Source: a virus
Lineage: Duplodnaviria > Caudoviricetes
Strand: one strand, 5' to 3'
IMG/VR virus record: IMGVR_UViG_3300022928_000025
Coordinates: 1 to 61,823 of that record
DNA: 61,823 nt
In this document: positions 1-8,317 of the stretch, in pieces
Layout: every line of letters begins with the position of its first letter
How positions within the stretch are numbered: position 1 is the first letter of the stretch
Program-made: the position numbers and the translations under genes
The notes under the pieces: model-generated
Seen by the model: the letters and a program-made list of their open reading frames with translations, nothing else
Database searches by the model: none
What the model was told of the DNA's origin: nothing

Positions 1-101
1 TACAACTGACCTTGGTCAATGTTCATTTCAATTTCTTCTTCTGAACAAGAGATGGCTTTGACAAGAGTACCGTCGGTTTCATAGACAGCATAAATATTCA
101 T
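1..101 (-). CDS. Partial (5' part) copy of the 128-aa gene downstream of the tail fibre
   Basis: 1-101 is identical to 59070-59170, the start of ORF 58784..59170 (MNIYAVYETDG...); truncated by the window edge. Confidence 0.8.
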   Translation of the reverse strand, partial: MNIYAVYETDGTLVKAISCSEEEIEMNIDQGQL

Positions 102-2899
102 CGTTTAACCCCTAACAAAGAAATAAACCAGTTACCACCAATAGCGCCCGAACCCGTGCTACTCGCGTAAATACGATAAGTAGTATTCCCAGTAGAGGGT
201 GTATGAACAAAGCCCGCACTCATACAGTCAGAGAAACCTTGACGGCTGGTCTGCCCAACTATACCTTCTTGAGCACCTGAAGATATTCTTAGTCCACGAG
301 TAACTTCGTTACTACCAGTTATTGTGGCAATAATGTTTAGCTGACCAAAAAATTGCACTTGAGATGGCAGGAGTGACGCGTTAGAACCCCAGTTAACTGT
401 GATAGATCCGATTTGGGTCCATGCCGATCCTATAGAAACACCGCTTCCAGCTGATATAGCGCGAGGGACAGTAACATTTTCGCCGGCGATCTTTAGAGTC
501 GTTACCGCCAAATTTTCGATTTTTGCGTTGGTGACAGCTTCGTTTTGTATCTTTGCCGTCTCTACAGCTAAGTCTCTTATCTTTGCTGTGTCTACAGCTA
601 AGTCTCTTATCTTTGCCGTGTTTACAGCTAAGTCTCCGATCTTAGCTTCGTCGACTGCGAGGTCACCAATTTTAAGATTTGTTATCTGACCATTTTTTAT
701 ATATGCGTCGGTTATGTAGACGCCAGGTAAAACAGTTTCGCCATTGATCGTCGTGGTAGTAGTTTGGACTGTGAACGGAACAAGTCCAGTGCCGTTGGGC
801 CCGACGATGGCAAAACGATCAGCCGCAACTAAAAACTGTGAAGTGTCCCCTCCAGCCACCGAACTCGTAGTGGCTAACCCGAAGCCTGCAACGTAGTTCG
901 TATTGCCCACAGTACCAATTTTAACAGTGTACTGCCCTTCCAAAGACTCCCCGTCTGCTTTGGCAAAGTAGTTCTGTTCGACCGCTGCCGAAGTCGGATA
1001 ACCGGCTAGCGTGCTAGTGGCGACGAGGGTAGAAGTAGCACTTGCTATGGCTTGGTCGGCTTGTGCAGACGTATAGTAATTATTAGTTAGCGTAGCGTTC
1101 GTCGCATAGTCAGCACCGGTTACAGTCGCGCTAAGTGTAGTAACGGCGCTTGATATCGCGCTGTCTGTTTGAGCCTGCGTATAGTAATTGGTAGTTAGCG
1201 TAGCGTTCGTCGCATAGTCAGCACCGGTTACAGTCGCACCAAGCGCGTTAACGGCGCTTGATATCGCGCTGTCTGTTTGAGCCTGCGTATAGTAATTGGT
1301 AGTTAGCGTAGCGTTCGTCGCATAGTCAGCACCAGTTACAGTCGCACCAAGCGCGTTAACGGCGCTTGCTATTGCACTATTTGCATCGGTCTTCGTATAG
1401 TAATTGGTGTTTAAGTCAGCAGTAGTTGTGTAATTACCTAATGCAGTAGTGGAGACTAAGTTTTGAGTCGCTGTAGATATAGCGCTGTCCGTGTCGGTAC
1501 GCGTGTAGTAATTGACAGTCAAGTTAGCAGTAGTTGTGTAATTACCTAACGTAGTAGTAGAGACTAAGTTTTGAGTCGCAGTAGAGATAGCACTGTCTGT
1601 GTCGGCACGCGTGTAATACGTCGAAGTTAGGTCGGCAGTGGTTGTGTAATTACCTAAAGATGCGATAGATGCAAGGCTCTGAGTCGCAGTAGAGATAGCA
1701 CTGTCCGCTTGGGCAGAAGTGTAATAATCGTTAGTCAGAGTTGCCCTTGTAGCTACTAACCCCGTAGTCGGGTTGTTAACAGTGGCCTCTAATACGTCTG
1801 AACGGCTAGACAATGCTGAATCAGCAGTGACCCGCGAAGTTTTTTCACTAAATACGAGCCCCGCCGATAACTGATTAACATCTGTGCCGTTGTAACCACC
1901 TCGCATCTGCGTGGCAAGAGTCTCTCTACTTGTAGCCTCTGCACTATCTGCGTCAGTTCGAGCAGTCGCTTCCTGCTGCAGAGCTGCTATAGATGCATAG
2001 TTTCCTGGCAAAGTTGTCGAAGTCAGGGTGGTTATCTGTTGTTCTACTGCTGCGTCACCATTACTACGCGCTAAAGCCTCATCAATTAACGCTTGCGCGC
2101 GCGTAGATGCCTCTGCACTAAGGGCAGTAGTTCTAGCGGATGCTTCTGCTTGAATAGCAGCAATACGCGCATTCGTTTCAGCTAATATGGCCGCATTACG
2201 AGCTGTCACTTCATCCGCAATTTCTTGGCCTATTCTCACATTGACAGAACCAGCGCCATTCCCATCAATTAAATTAATTCTAGAGGTAAGAGTGCTATAC
2301 AGCTGGCTTTCTGTAATCTCGCCAGTTAATAGCTCAAGCATAAATTCTACATCTACAGCGGTTTCTGCAAATGTACCAGCGCTTGAGTTCCACGGCCCTT
2401 TTTGATCGCGAGTATTTACATGCCGCACCCAATAATAATAAGACTGTGCTGACCCAACTTGGTCAGTAAAAACACTGCCGTGCTCAACCCCAACAAGAAT
2501 TGCATCCGCCAGTTGATCAACTGTATGGCGCCACACTTCTGTGTAAGCATGCGGCGAATATTGAAGATACGCTTGATCCCAATCAAGAATAATGATGCTG
2601 TAAGCGCCGGTCGCCTCAAACCCCGTAGGCGCCGTTGGTAAATCCGTCTCATTAACGTCTGTACCAATTGGCAGCAGACTAGACTGAGACTGCCCAAGAA
2701 TAAACGGCTTACCTTCGACAGCTAACCCGCTGTCAATTAACTCACGCGCAGTGATTGCTCTGTCCCTTGAGTCGCCTCGGCGCCCCAAACGAATTTCGAG
2801 AGCCTCTGCGACAGACTCTAAGTACCGCCTCATCGCGGGCGAAGCATCGGCGGGGAGCTTAGGGAATCCAGGAATTTTGGTTTCTTTAGGCGTCCTCAT
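98..2899 (-). CDS. Tail fibre / host-specificity protein (J-like), allele A
   Basis: 933 aa; FN3-like N-terminus (PTGF...YYWVRHVN), Thr/Ala-rich repeated shaft, DUF1983-like 'YTVKIG...VAGFGL...FLVAADRFAI' motif, TAKIxDLAV repeats; follows the nozzle gene. Confidence 0.8.
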   Translation of the reverse strand: MRTPKETKIPGFPKLPADASPAMRRYLESVAEALEIRLGRRGDSRDRAITARELIDSGLAVEGKPFILGQSQSSLLPIGTDVNETDLPTAPTGFEATGAYSIIILDWDQAYLQYSPHAYTEVWRHTVDQLADAILVGVEHGSVFTDQVGSAQSYYYWVRHVNTRDQKGPWNSSAGTFAETAVDVEFMLELLTGEITESQLYSTLTSRINLIDGNGAGSVNVRIGQEIADEVTARNAAILAETNARIAAIQAEASARTTALSAEASTRAQALIDEALARSNGDAAVEQQITTLTSTTLPGNYASIAALQQEATARTDADSAEATSRETLATQMRGGYNGTDVNQLSAGLVFSEKTSRVTADSALSSRSDVLEATVNNPTTGLVATRATLTNDYYTSAQADSAISTATQSLASIASLGNYTTTADLTSTYYTRADTDSAISTATQNLVSTTTLGNYTTTANLTVNYYTRTDTDSAISTATQNLVSTTALGNYTTTADLNTNYYTKTDANSAIASAVNALGATVTGADYATNATLTTNYYTQAQTDSAISSAVNALGATVTGADYATNATLTTNYYTQAQTDSAISSAVTTLSATVTGADYATNATLTNNYYTSAQADQAIASATSTLVATSTLAGYPTSAAVEQNYFAKADGESLEGQYTVKIGTVGNTNYVAGFGLATTSSVAGGDTSQFLVAADRFAIVGPNGTGLVPFTVQTTTTTINGETVLPGVYITDAYIKNGQITNLKIGDLAVDEAKIGDLAVNTAKIRDLAVDTAKIRDLAVETAKIQNEAVTNAKIENLAVTTLKIAGENVTVPRAISAGSGVSIGSAWTQIGSITVNWGSNASLLPSQVQFFGQLNIIATITGSNEVTRGLRISSGAQEGIVGQTSRQGFSDCMSAGFVHTPSTGNTTYRIYASSTGSGAIGGNWFISLLGVKR
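505..690. repeat. 30-bp tandem repeats encoding TAKIRDLAVx units
   Basis: tacagctaagtctcttatctttgc repeated with a 30-bp period. Confidence 0.85.
1085..1375. repeat. 108-bp (36-aa) tandem repeats in the fibre A shaft
   Basis: taacggcgcttgatatcgcg at 1141 and 1249; protein unit TTNYYTQAQTDSAISSAVNALGATVTGADYATNATL. Confidence 0.9.
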
Positions 2900-4617
2900 G
2901 CATTTATCTCCGCCATAGTAGACGCAAGCACTATCTCGTTAACTTGGTGTGTCGAGCTCACCTCTACTTCCCACTCGCATCCGTAGTTAGAAGGTAACCT
3001 CATGACAGGCGCGGTGAGGTTCCCGTTAGAGATACCAGCAGGGACAGTAGTCACCTGAGTGTAAACTCCGGCTGTCTCTTGCAGCTGATAATCAGCTATA
3101 AGGACTCCATCACCCCAGACTTTTACATCTATAGGATACTGGTCGCTGTGGACTTTTATGCAGCCCATACTTGTTGGTGTGCTCACAAACTTACGACTCT
3201 TCCAAGACGACGTGCGCTTAACACTTGACCCTCGAAACTCGACAATTTCATTATCAATAATGAGATAAAGCTTACCTGTCTTTTTCCGAGTGAAACCGCC
3301 ACGCACTTCATTACTCATCGTAAAAGTAGAGAAGGCATTCTGTGGTTGTCGAGGGTCAAATATCCATCCGCCGTCGTTAGCGCCGTCATTCCAGAACGCG
3401 ACGTACAGTCCTTCGTATAAGAAGGCTTTGTAGGTCGACGCGTAGAAGTCAGCCGCCCACTGTTTTGGCTCTATAAACTCAGAGGAGACAACCGACCCTG
3501 TGGTGTTGGACACTTGTACGAGCCCGTCAGGACCGGCATAGAGTACGTACTCTCCCATATCAACAATTGACTCTTTGTTGATGCATGACTGAGCAACGTC
3601 TACTTGTATAGCGGTCATGGCCGAGGGTTCAGTGCCAGTGACAAAATAAGGGTAGCCCTTGGTCATTACCACTAAGCCATTGTTAGTTGCTGACAGTCCC
3701 ACTATCTCTTCTTCTATCGTGAGTCGATACTGGATAGGCCAAGCATGGGGCAGGTACGGTTCAGACAAACATAGTCGAGCGCCGGCGAATCCGGCAAAGA
3801 CACCATTTCCAATAGGAAGCAGCCCCTGCAAGGGACCGTCGGGATAAAGAGATGTGTTGTCATCTGGCGGGCCAACCCAAGTCTCAGAAGGCAGTACTTC
3901 GCCTAAAGCCGCTGACGCTTTGTTATCGCTGTAACTAACAGTGGAGAATGGAACCTCTGCAACAAACTGAAAGTAAGTCGCTGTACTACCAACGTTAGCG
4001 CGATATATGCGTTTTAATCCGTTACTAAAATCATAAGCGCCTGACGGATCGTTTGCGCTCGGCATCGAGATAGAAACCGTTTCAGTTGAAGTCCACTCAA
4101 CAATTGCAGATGCGGGACTTGGAGGCCCCTCTTCTCCGAAACTCGTAACTAACGTATAGACGTAAGATAAGTCCTGTGCTTCTTCTGTGTCGCTGGCTGT
4201 GCCTGTCTTGGACAGCGTAGGTGCACTAGTAGGTGCAGGTACCCCTAACCTATAAGATGCCGCCGGAAATACCGAGCCACTTATCATGCTGGTATATGTG
4301 CCCACGCGCGGATAATCTTGCCCTGTCCAATAGGCTCTTTCGTAAGTGTCTTGTGCAATAGGTGACTGTACTACAGAGATATTGGCTTCGTTAAACTCAA
4401 ATACAGCCCCGCCATCTATGCCGATGCGCTCATAATAATAAAGAGATTGGCGCTGGCCATTTGACAGCGTAGCAACGGCCAGATCTTCCTCAATAGGCGA
4501 CAAGCGCCCAGTGGTAAAGGTCACATTCTCCGCTTTCTGGCCAAGTGTTTCGCCGAGAAGTCTGGCTGATTTCGCCGGTGCAATACCGGCAAAACTTTCG
4601 AGTCTGAATACGGCCAT
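2896..4617 (-). CDS. Tail nozzle / tail tubular protein B-like
   Basis: 573 aa beta-rich; 'FAGIAP', 'YVYTLVT..GEEGPPSPAS', 'SEPYLPHAWP' motifs typical of podovirus stabilisation/nozzle proteins. Confidence 0.7.
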   Translation of the reverse strand: MAVFRLESFAGIAPAKSARLLGETLGQKAENVTFTTGRLSPIEEDLAVATLSNGQRQSLYYYERIGIDGGAVFEFNEANISVVQSPIAQDTYERAYWTGQDYPRVGTYTSMISGSVFPAASYRLGVPAPTSAPTLSKTGTASDTEEAQDLSYVYTLVTSFGEEGPPSPASAIVEWTSTETVSISMPSANDPSGAYDFSNGLKRIYRANVGSTATYFQFVAEVPFSTVSYSDNKASAALGEVLPSETWVGPPDDNTSLYPDGPLQGLLPIGNGVFAGFAGARLCLSEPYLPHAWPIQYRLTIEEEIVGLSATNNGLVVMTKGYPYFVTGTEPSAMTAIQVDVAQSCINKESIVDMGEYVLYAGPDGLVQVSNTTGSVVSSEFIEPKQWAADFYASTYKAFLYEGLYVAFWNDGANDGGWIFDPRQPQNAFSTFTMSNEVRGGFTRKKTGKLYLIIDNEIVEFRGSSVKRTSSWKSRKFVSTPTSMGCIKVHSDQYPIDVKVWGDGVLIADYQLQETAGVYTQVTTVPAGISNGNLTAPVMRLPSNYGCEWEVEVSSTHQVNEIVLASTMAEINA

Positions 4618-4869
4618 TTAGCCTCCTTTATTCTGCATCCAAAATATGGCCAGTAACGCTGACAACACAGCCGTAGTAACAAATTGCGCAATCGTTATGC
4701 GTATAGCTCTTTTAGTGCCGCGCCAAGACTCAAGTAAATTTCTTAATTCATGCATATCGCTGTAAGCATTCTCGTCATGAAGACCTATAGAACGAAGCGC
4801 CTCTTTTGCCCCCCTTGAAGCCGCTGCATCAAGAAGTTTGTTTAAACGTTCATCGTCGTTGTACAACAT
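4618..4869 (-). CDS. Small protein with C-terminal TM helix (DUF6127-like)
   Basis: 'AASRGAKEALRSIGL...DMHELRNLLESWR' followed by a hydrophobic tail. Confidence 0.6.
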   Translation of the reverse strand: MLYNDDERLNKLLDAAASRGAKEALRSIGLHDENAYSDMHELRNLLESWRGTKRAIRITIAQFVTTAVLSALLAIFWMQNKGG

Positions 4870-4885
4870 GACTACTACTCCTACG

Positions 4886-5353
4886 TTATTTCGTAATAAC
4901 GCTAACGATCGCTAGCCCACAAAATAAAAATATAATGCCTATAAAAGCGAAACCTATACCGTCGATAATCAGACGTCTTCGTGCGGCTCTTGCTCTTGCT
5001 GCGTCTAGTCTCTGCTTGCGAATCGCCGTGCGCGTTCTAAGCATTTCGACATAAACGTCTTGGCCTACTGTATAAGTGATAATTTCACGTAGCTGCCGTT
5101 CCATCTGCATGGTTTTTTGTTTGGCCATTGTTATTTCAAGAGCAGCACTTTCCACTGAACCCTTGGCAAATAACTTAGACATAGCCGATGCGTTCTCTAC
5201 ACCAGCCTCAGCTTCTGCAATCTTGTCTTTGGCATCGAAAAAAGCGCCAAACTTATGCGCAAGATCATTGATCTCGTGACCTTTGCTAACCGCCGCTTGG
5301 ATATAGTTAAACGCTTTCCCTGCGGCTGATACGGCTGCGATGATTTCTATCAT
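4886..5353 (-). CDS. Hypothetical coiled-coil protein with C-terminal TM helix
   Basis: 155-aa ORF, tightly coupled in the operon. Confidence 0.65.
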   Translation of the reverse strand: MIEIIAAVSAAGKAFNYIQAAVSKGHEINDLAHKFGAFFDAKDKIAEAEAGVENASAMSKLFAKGSVESAALEITMAKQKTMQMERQLREIITYTVGQDVYVEMLRTRTAIRKQRLDAARARAARRRLIIDGIGFAFIGIIFLFCGLAIVSVITK

Positions 5354-5553
5354 TTGAAGACCTCAACTTTTTTAAGATCGACAAATTCGGGGACGCAAAA
5401 TGCGGAGATATTTGGTCCGAGGGAGGGAGATTTTCTTTGGCGGGTAAGACGGACAGCAAAATACTGGCAGCGATTTAAATCGTACCAGTGTGTCTTTCTA
5501 GTGTCTTGAGCGTTTCCGTCCAAGATAACTATAAGCGCAAATACTAAGCTCAT
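5350..5553 (-). CDS. Small hypothetical protein with hydrophobic N-terminus and two Cys
   Basis: 67 aa; ATGA overlap with the next gene. Confidence 0.6.
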   Translation of the reverse strand: MSLVFALIVILDGNAQDTRKTHWYDLNRCQYFAVRLTRQRKSPSLGPNISAFCVPEFVDLKKVEVFK

Positions 5554-5565
5554 GCCGGAGGCCCA

Positions 5566-6231
5566 TCATAATTCAGGAAACAAACAATCCTGAATAAACG
5601 TATTAACTACCTCCTCCTGATACCCTAGCGCTGCCATGACTTTTGGTGTGTGTGGGTTCTGCTTCTGCCAGTAACAGTACTTATTCTGCGCTGCCGTGTA
5701 GTCCGTTGCACTTCGACTACCCACATTCTCTAGATAATAATCTAAGTTGCTACTGACTAACTGCACCACTTTATCTAGTTCATCTAAGTCCGTGATAAAA
5801 CCAGCAGCGACCATGTTGCTACTAAAAATATTCCTTGCCCACTCAGGCAACTCTCTTTCTTTCGACCAGCTGAACGGTGTTACTTGGTCTTCGAACTTCA
5901 AGAGCATTTCGTGACTTTCATCTATAGGACTGAAGTCATGGAATGCACCTGTTACTTTCTTAGGCCCCGCGATAAGGTCAAAACCAAAAACCGGTGCACC
6001 GTCGTTTGTGTGCGGGAACACGGTAAGATGCATCATATAGAGCTTCTTAGTATCCCTAGCATCTACAACATCAAGATGCGCCCTTCTAAACTTATCCGAT
6101 CGCCATAAGAAGTTTTGCCACGGATACCGATGCCCTTCGTCGTAGGTCTCGAACCCGTCAAACTTCGACACCAGAATATCTTTTGCTTGCTCTAACTTAG
6201 TGAATATTGTGCTTGGCTGCGACTTTGTCAT
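5566..6231 (-). CDS. pcyX: Ferredoxin-dependent bilin reductase, PcyX/PcyA family
   Basis: Motifs FRRAHLD, MMHLTVFP (His68), PVFGFDL (Asp85), FHDFSP, RELPEWA..IFS, QNPHT; Asp at the PcyA Glu76 position. Confidence 0.85.
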   Translation of the reverse strand: MTKSQPSTIFTKLEQAKDILVSKFDGFETYDEGHRYPWQNFLWRSDKFRRAHLDVVDARDTKKLYMMHLTVFPHTNDGAPVFGFDLIAGPKKVTGAFHDFSPIDESHEMLLKFEDQVTPFSWSKERELPEWARNIFSSNMVAAGFITDLDELDKVVQLVSSNLDYYLENVGSRSATDYTAAQNKYCYWQKQNPHTPKVMAALGYQEEVVNTFIQDCLFPEL

Positions 6232-6739
6232 ATAGGCTAATTACAAACTCAAATGCGTGAATGGCTTCTTGTTTTGTTTTTTCACTGTCGGTCAGAGAAG
6301 CTCTAATTTTTTTAATGAGATCCTCTCTATCAGTAAAATCGTAACGCCTACATTTTCCTGGTAACTTGTTCTTTAGAATCTGACCGCCGAAAAGGTCACC
6401 CATGTGATGAACGTAAAGATGGGCTAAAACCCCTTCATTATCCTGTTTCCATATGTGGTCGCAGTAGTCATCAATAAAAGGCTCGTAAGCACTTGTGCCT
6501 AACCCGTTATCACTTATTAACTCAACAAGGTCTTCAAGCATAAGTTGGTAGCGGGACACCCCAGCGAGTTCTGCTAACAACCCCTCTTTTCTCGCTTTGC
6601 TCTCAAGATCCCCATAAACTATGAGTAAGCTTGCCAACAGATCCGCATAGACCTCTGCGGCTATCCCACCCGTTATCATCGCTTGGGCTAACGGGTGATG
6701 TTCGGCTCTATCGTGTATTGGTTTTATCGCTTCTCGCAT
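6197..6739 (-). CDS. hemO: Heme oxygenase
   Basis: Proximal His in 'HDRAE' and distal helix 'AHLYVHHMGDLFGGQIL'; overlaps the bilin reductase gene by 35 nt. Confidence 0.88.
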   Translation of the reverse strand: MREAIKPIHDRAEHHPLAQAMITGGIAAEVYADLLASLLIVYGDLESKARKEGLLAELAGVSRYQLMLEDLVELISDNGLGTSAYEPFIDDYCDHIWKQDNEGVLAHLYVHHMGDLFGGQILKNKLPGKCRRYDFTDREDLIKKIRASLTDSEKTKQEAIHAFEFVISLYDKVAAKHNIH

Positions 6740-6757
6740 TTGTTCAGCCTACCCGAG

Positions 6758-6994
6758 CTACCATTTACCTAAAGGACAAGACACCGCTCCGCCCATACGG
6801 ATTTTAAATGGCATAAAGCATCCACATTCCCTGCAAACTTTAATCTTCTCGTTTAACGAAGGGCACTCCGAGCAAATTTCTTTTCTTTTTACTACAAGGG
6901 ACGTTTGTGTTTCTTCACCGGCTAACTTTATATCTGAACTCTCATCCCAACTTTTACTCACTTCCATATCCTGCCCCGAATTAGCTGACCTCAC
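6758..6994 (-). CDS. Small Cys-rich protein (DUF6171-like)
   Basis: CxxC...CxxCGC...CPLGKW. Confidence 0.7.
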   Translation of the reverse strand: MRSANSGQDMEVSKSWDESSDIKLAGEETQTSLVVKRKEICSECPSLNEKIKVCRECGCFMPFKIRMGGAVSCPLGKW

Positions 6995-7332
6995 TAGATT
7001 ATTTCCGCAAGCGGCACTTCAGTAACGCCGTCTAAATCTCGTTCTACTATGCGCGTTTTTAAGACCCATCGACCCTCTATTAGTGATGGAGAGTCATCAA
7101 GTAGTATAGTTTGAGTGCCGAAGTCGAAATCATAAGTAATATCATCATAAAACACCTCGACAATAGAGAAGTTAGAACTTTCCCCCTCTTCTGTTAAATC
7201 ATAAAGTAGCGGAAGGTGAGTCTTCTGATCAAACTTAGTTGAAGGATTCTCTTCTTTAAGATTTTCTATACTGTAGGGAAACTGAATTACTACACCTCCC
7301 TTAATTTTCGCAAAACCTAAACTATCAGACAT
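6994..7332 (-). CDS. Hypothetical, possible tail-fibre assembly protein
   Basis: 'FPYSIENLKEENP' and 'P.LIEGRWV' motifs seen in fibre-associated phage proteins. Confidence 0.55.
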   Translation of the reverse strand: MSDSLGFAKIKGGVVIQFPYSIENLKEENPSTKFDQKTHLPLLYDLTEEGESSNFSIVEVFYDDITYDFDFGTQTILLDDSPSLIEGRWVLKTRIVERDLDGVTEVPLAEII

Positions 7333-7348
7333 GTTTTCCTCCCGCGCT

Positions 7349-8302
7349 TTAAGGAATCGGAGTGATTATGACGTAGCCAGTTGCTGTTCCTGGTTGTCCA
7401 CCCCTCTGAGAGCCATTTGTACCAACGTCAGCCCATGATGATATCCGTACTGGCCCGCTGGAACGGCGATACGAAGTGCCGCCGCCGCCGCCAACCGCGG
7501 GGCCGTTACCGCCAGCTACGCCTCCGTAGTACCCGCCAGCGCCGGCTGGACAACTCCCGCCACCGCTACCAAACCCACCAGGGCTGTTACCGCAGCCCGT
7601 CGTGGTGCCGCCACGCCCACCCTCTACAAAACAATAAGCGCGTTGGGGCTGATTACTAAGACAGTTGTATGAGCGAATAATATGTACACCCGTATAAAAA
7701 GAGGCGCCGCCGTCGTAGACACCATCTAAACCCGTACAGTCAGCGGAACTCCCCCTCTGGGACGTAGCAGGCCAACTGGTGGGGCCACCATCTTGGTTCG
7801 ACATTGCAACGCTATAACCACCACCACCGCCACCAGCTACAATAAGCGCATCGACGTTTGTATAGTTGTCTCCGCTGTTACAGATAGCGACGGCCGACAT
7901 ACCCCCACCAGAGTAGTTACCGGTGCCAGGGAGCCCTGCTAAGGCGACTAAACGAGCAGGCTGTTCAACAATTAAAGTACCTGAGATCATTGCGCCATAA
8001 CCGTGGCTTGTTCCTGATCCTTCTGCGCCGCCGATAGCGACCGAATATGATCCTTCAAAAATATCAAAATAGTGATACCCATTAGAGTAAACCCAGTTGG
8101 CCTCCGGCGGCATGCTCCAACTGCCAAGGCCAGTATAAGCCACTACTGGCGGCGGTTCGCTGCGGGTAGAAAGGGGTATAACACTCGTATTCACGTTTGC
8201 TTTTATATTTAAACTACTACTCCAAGCAACACCTCCTCCTGACGAAGAAGAGAACCCATACCCCTTTGCACTACCTACTGCGCGCGTATTCTGTATCGGC
8301 AT
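7349..8302 (-). CDS. Glycine-rich virion/fibre protein
   Basis: 'LIVAGGGGGG', 'GGFGSGGG', 'GAGGYYGG', 'GGGGGTSY' glycine-rich domain motifs. Confidence 0.7.
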   Translation of the reverse strand: MPIQNTRAVGSAKGYGFSSSSGGGVAWSSSLNIKANVNTSVIPLSTRSEPPPVVAYTGLGSWSMPPEANWVYSNGYHYFDIFEGSYSVAIGGAEGSGTSHGYGAMISGTLIVEQPARLVALAGLPGTGNYSGGGMSAVAICNSGDNYTNVDALIVAGGGGGGYSVAMSNQDGGPTSWPATSQRGSSADCTGLDGVYDGGASFYTGVHIIRSYNCLSNQPQRAYCFVEGGRGGTTTGCGNSPGGFGSGGGSCPAGAGGYYGGVAGGNGPAVGGGGGTSYRRSSGPVRISSWADVGTNGSQRGGQPGTATGYVIITPIP

Positions 8303-8317
8303 AGAAAAATCCTTTAA

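Larger units (their letters stand above)
1..2841. repeat. Allelic duplicate of 59070-61823 (direct orientation)
   Basis: 1-112 is identical to 59070-59181; 2715-2841 is identical to 61697-61823; both ends are highly similar and the middle is divergent. Confidence 0.9.

Noticed and set aside
98-2899. Diversity-generating retroelement or invertible tail-fibre shufflon
   Set aside because: No reverse transcriptase or invertase was recognised, the copies are in direct orientation, and the differences are not adenine-specific.
5566-6739. Cyanophage assignment based on bilin genes
   Set aside because: No psbA, hli, petF or cpeT were recognised; CsrA, SutA-like and FtsK-gamma-like sequences point to a proteobacterial host.
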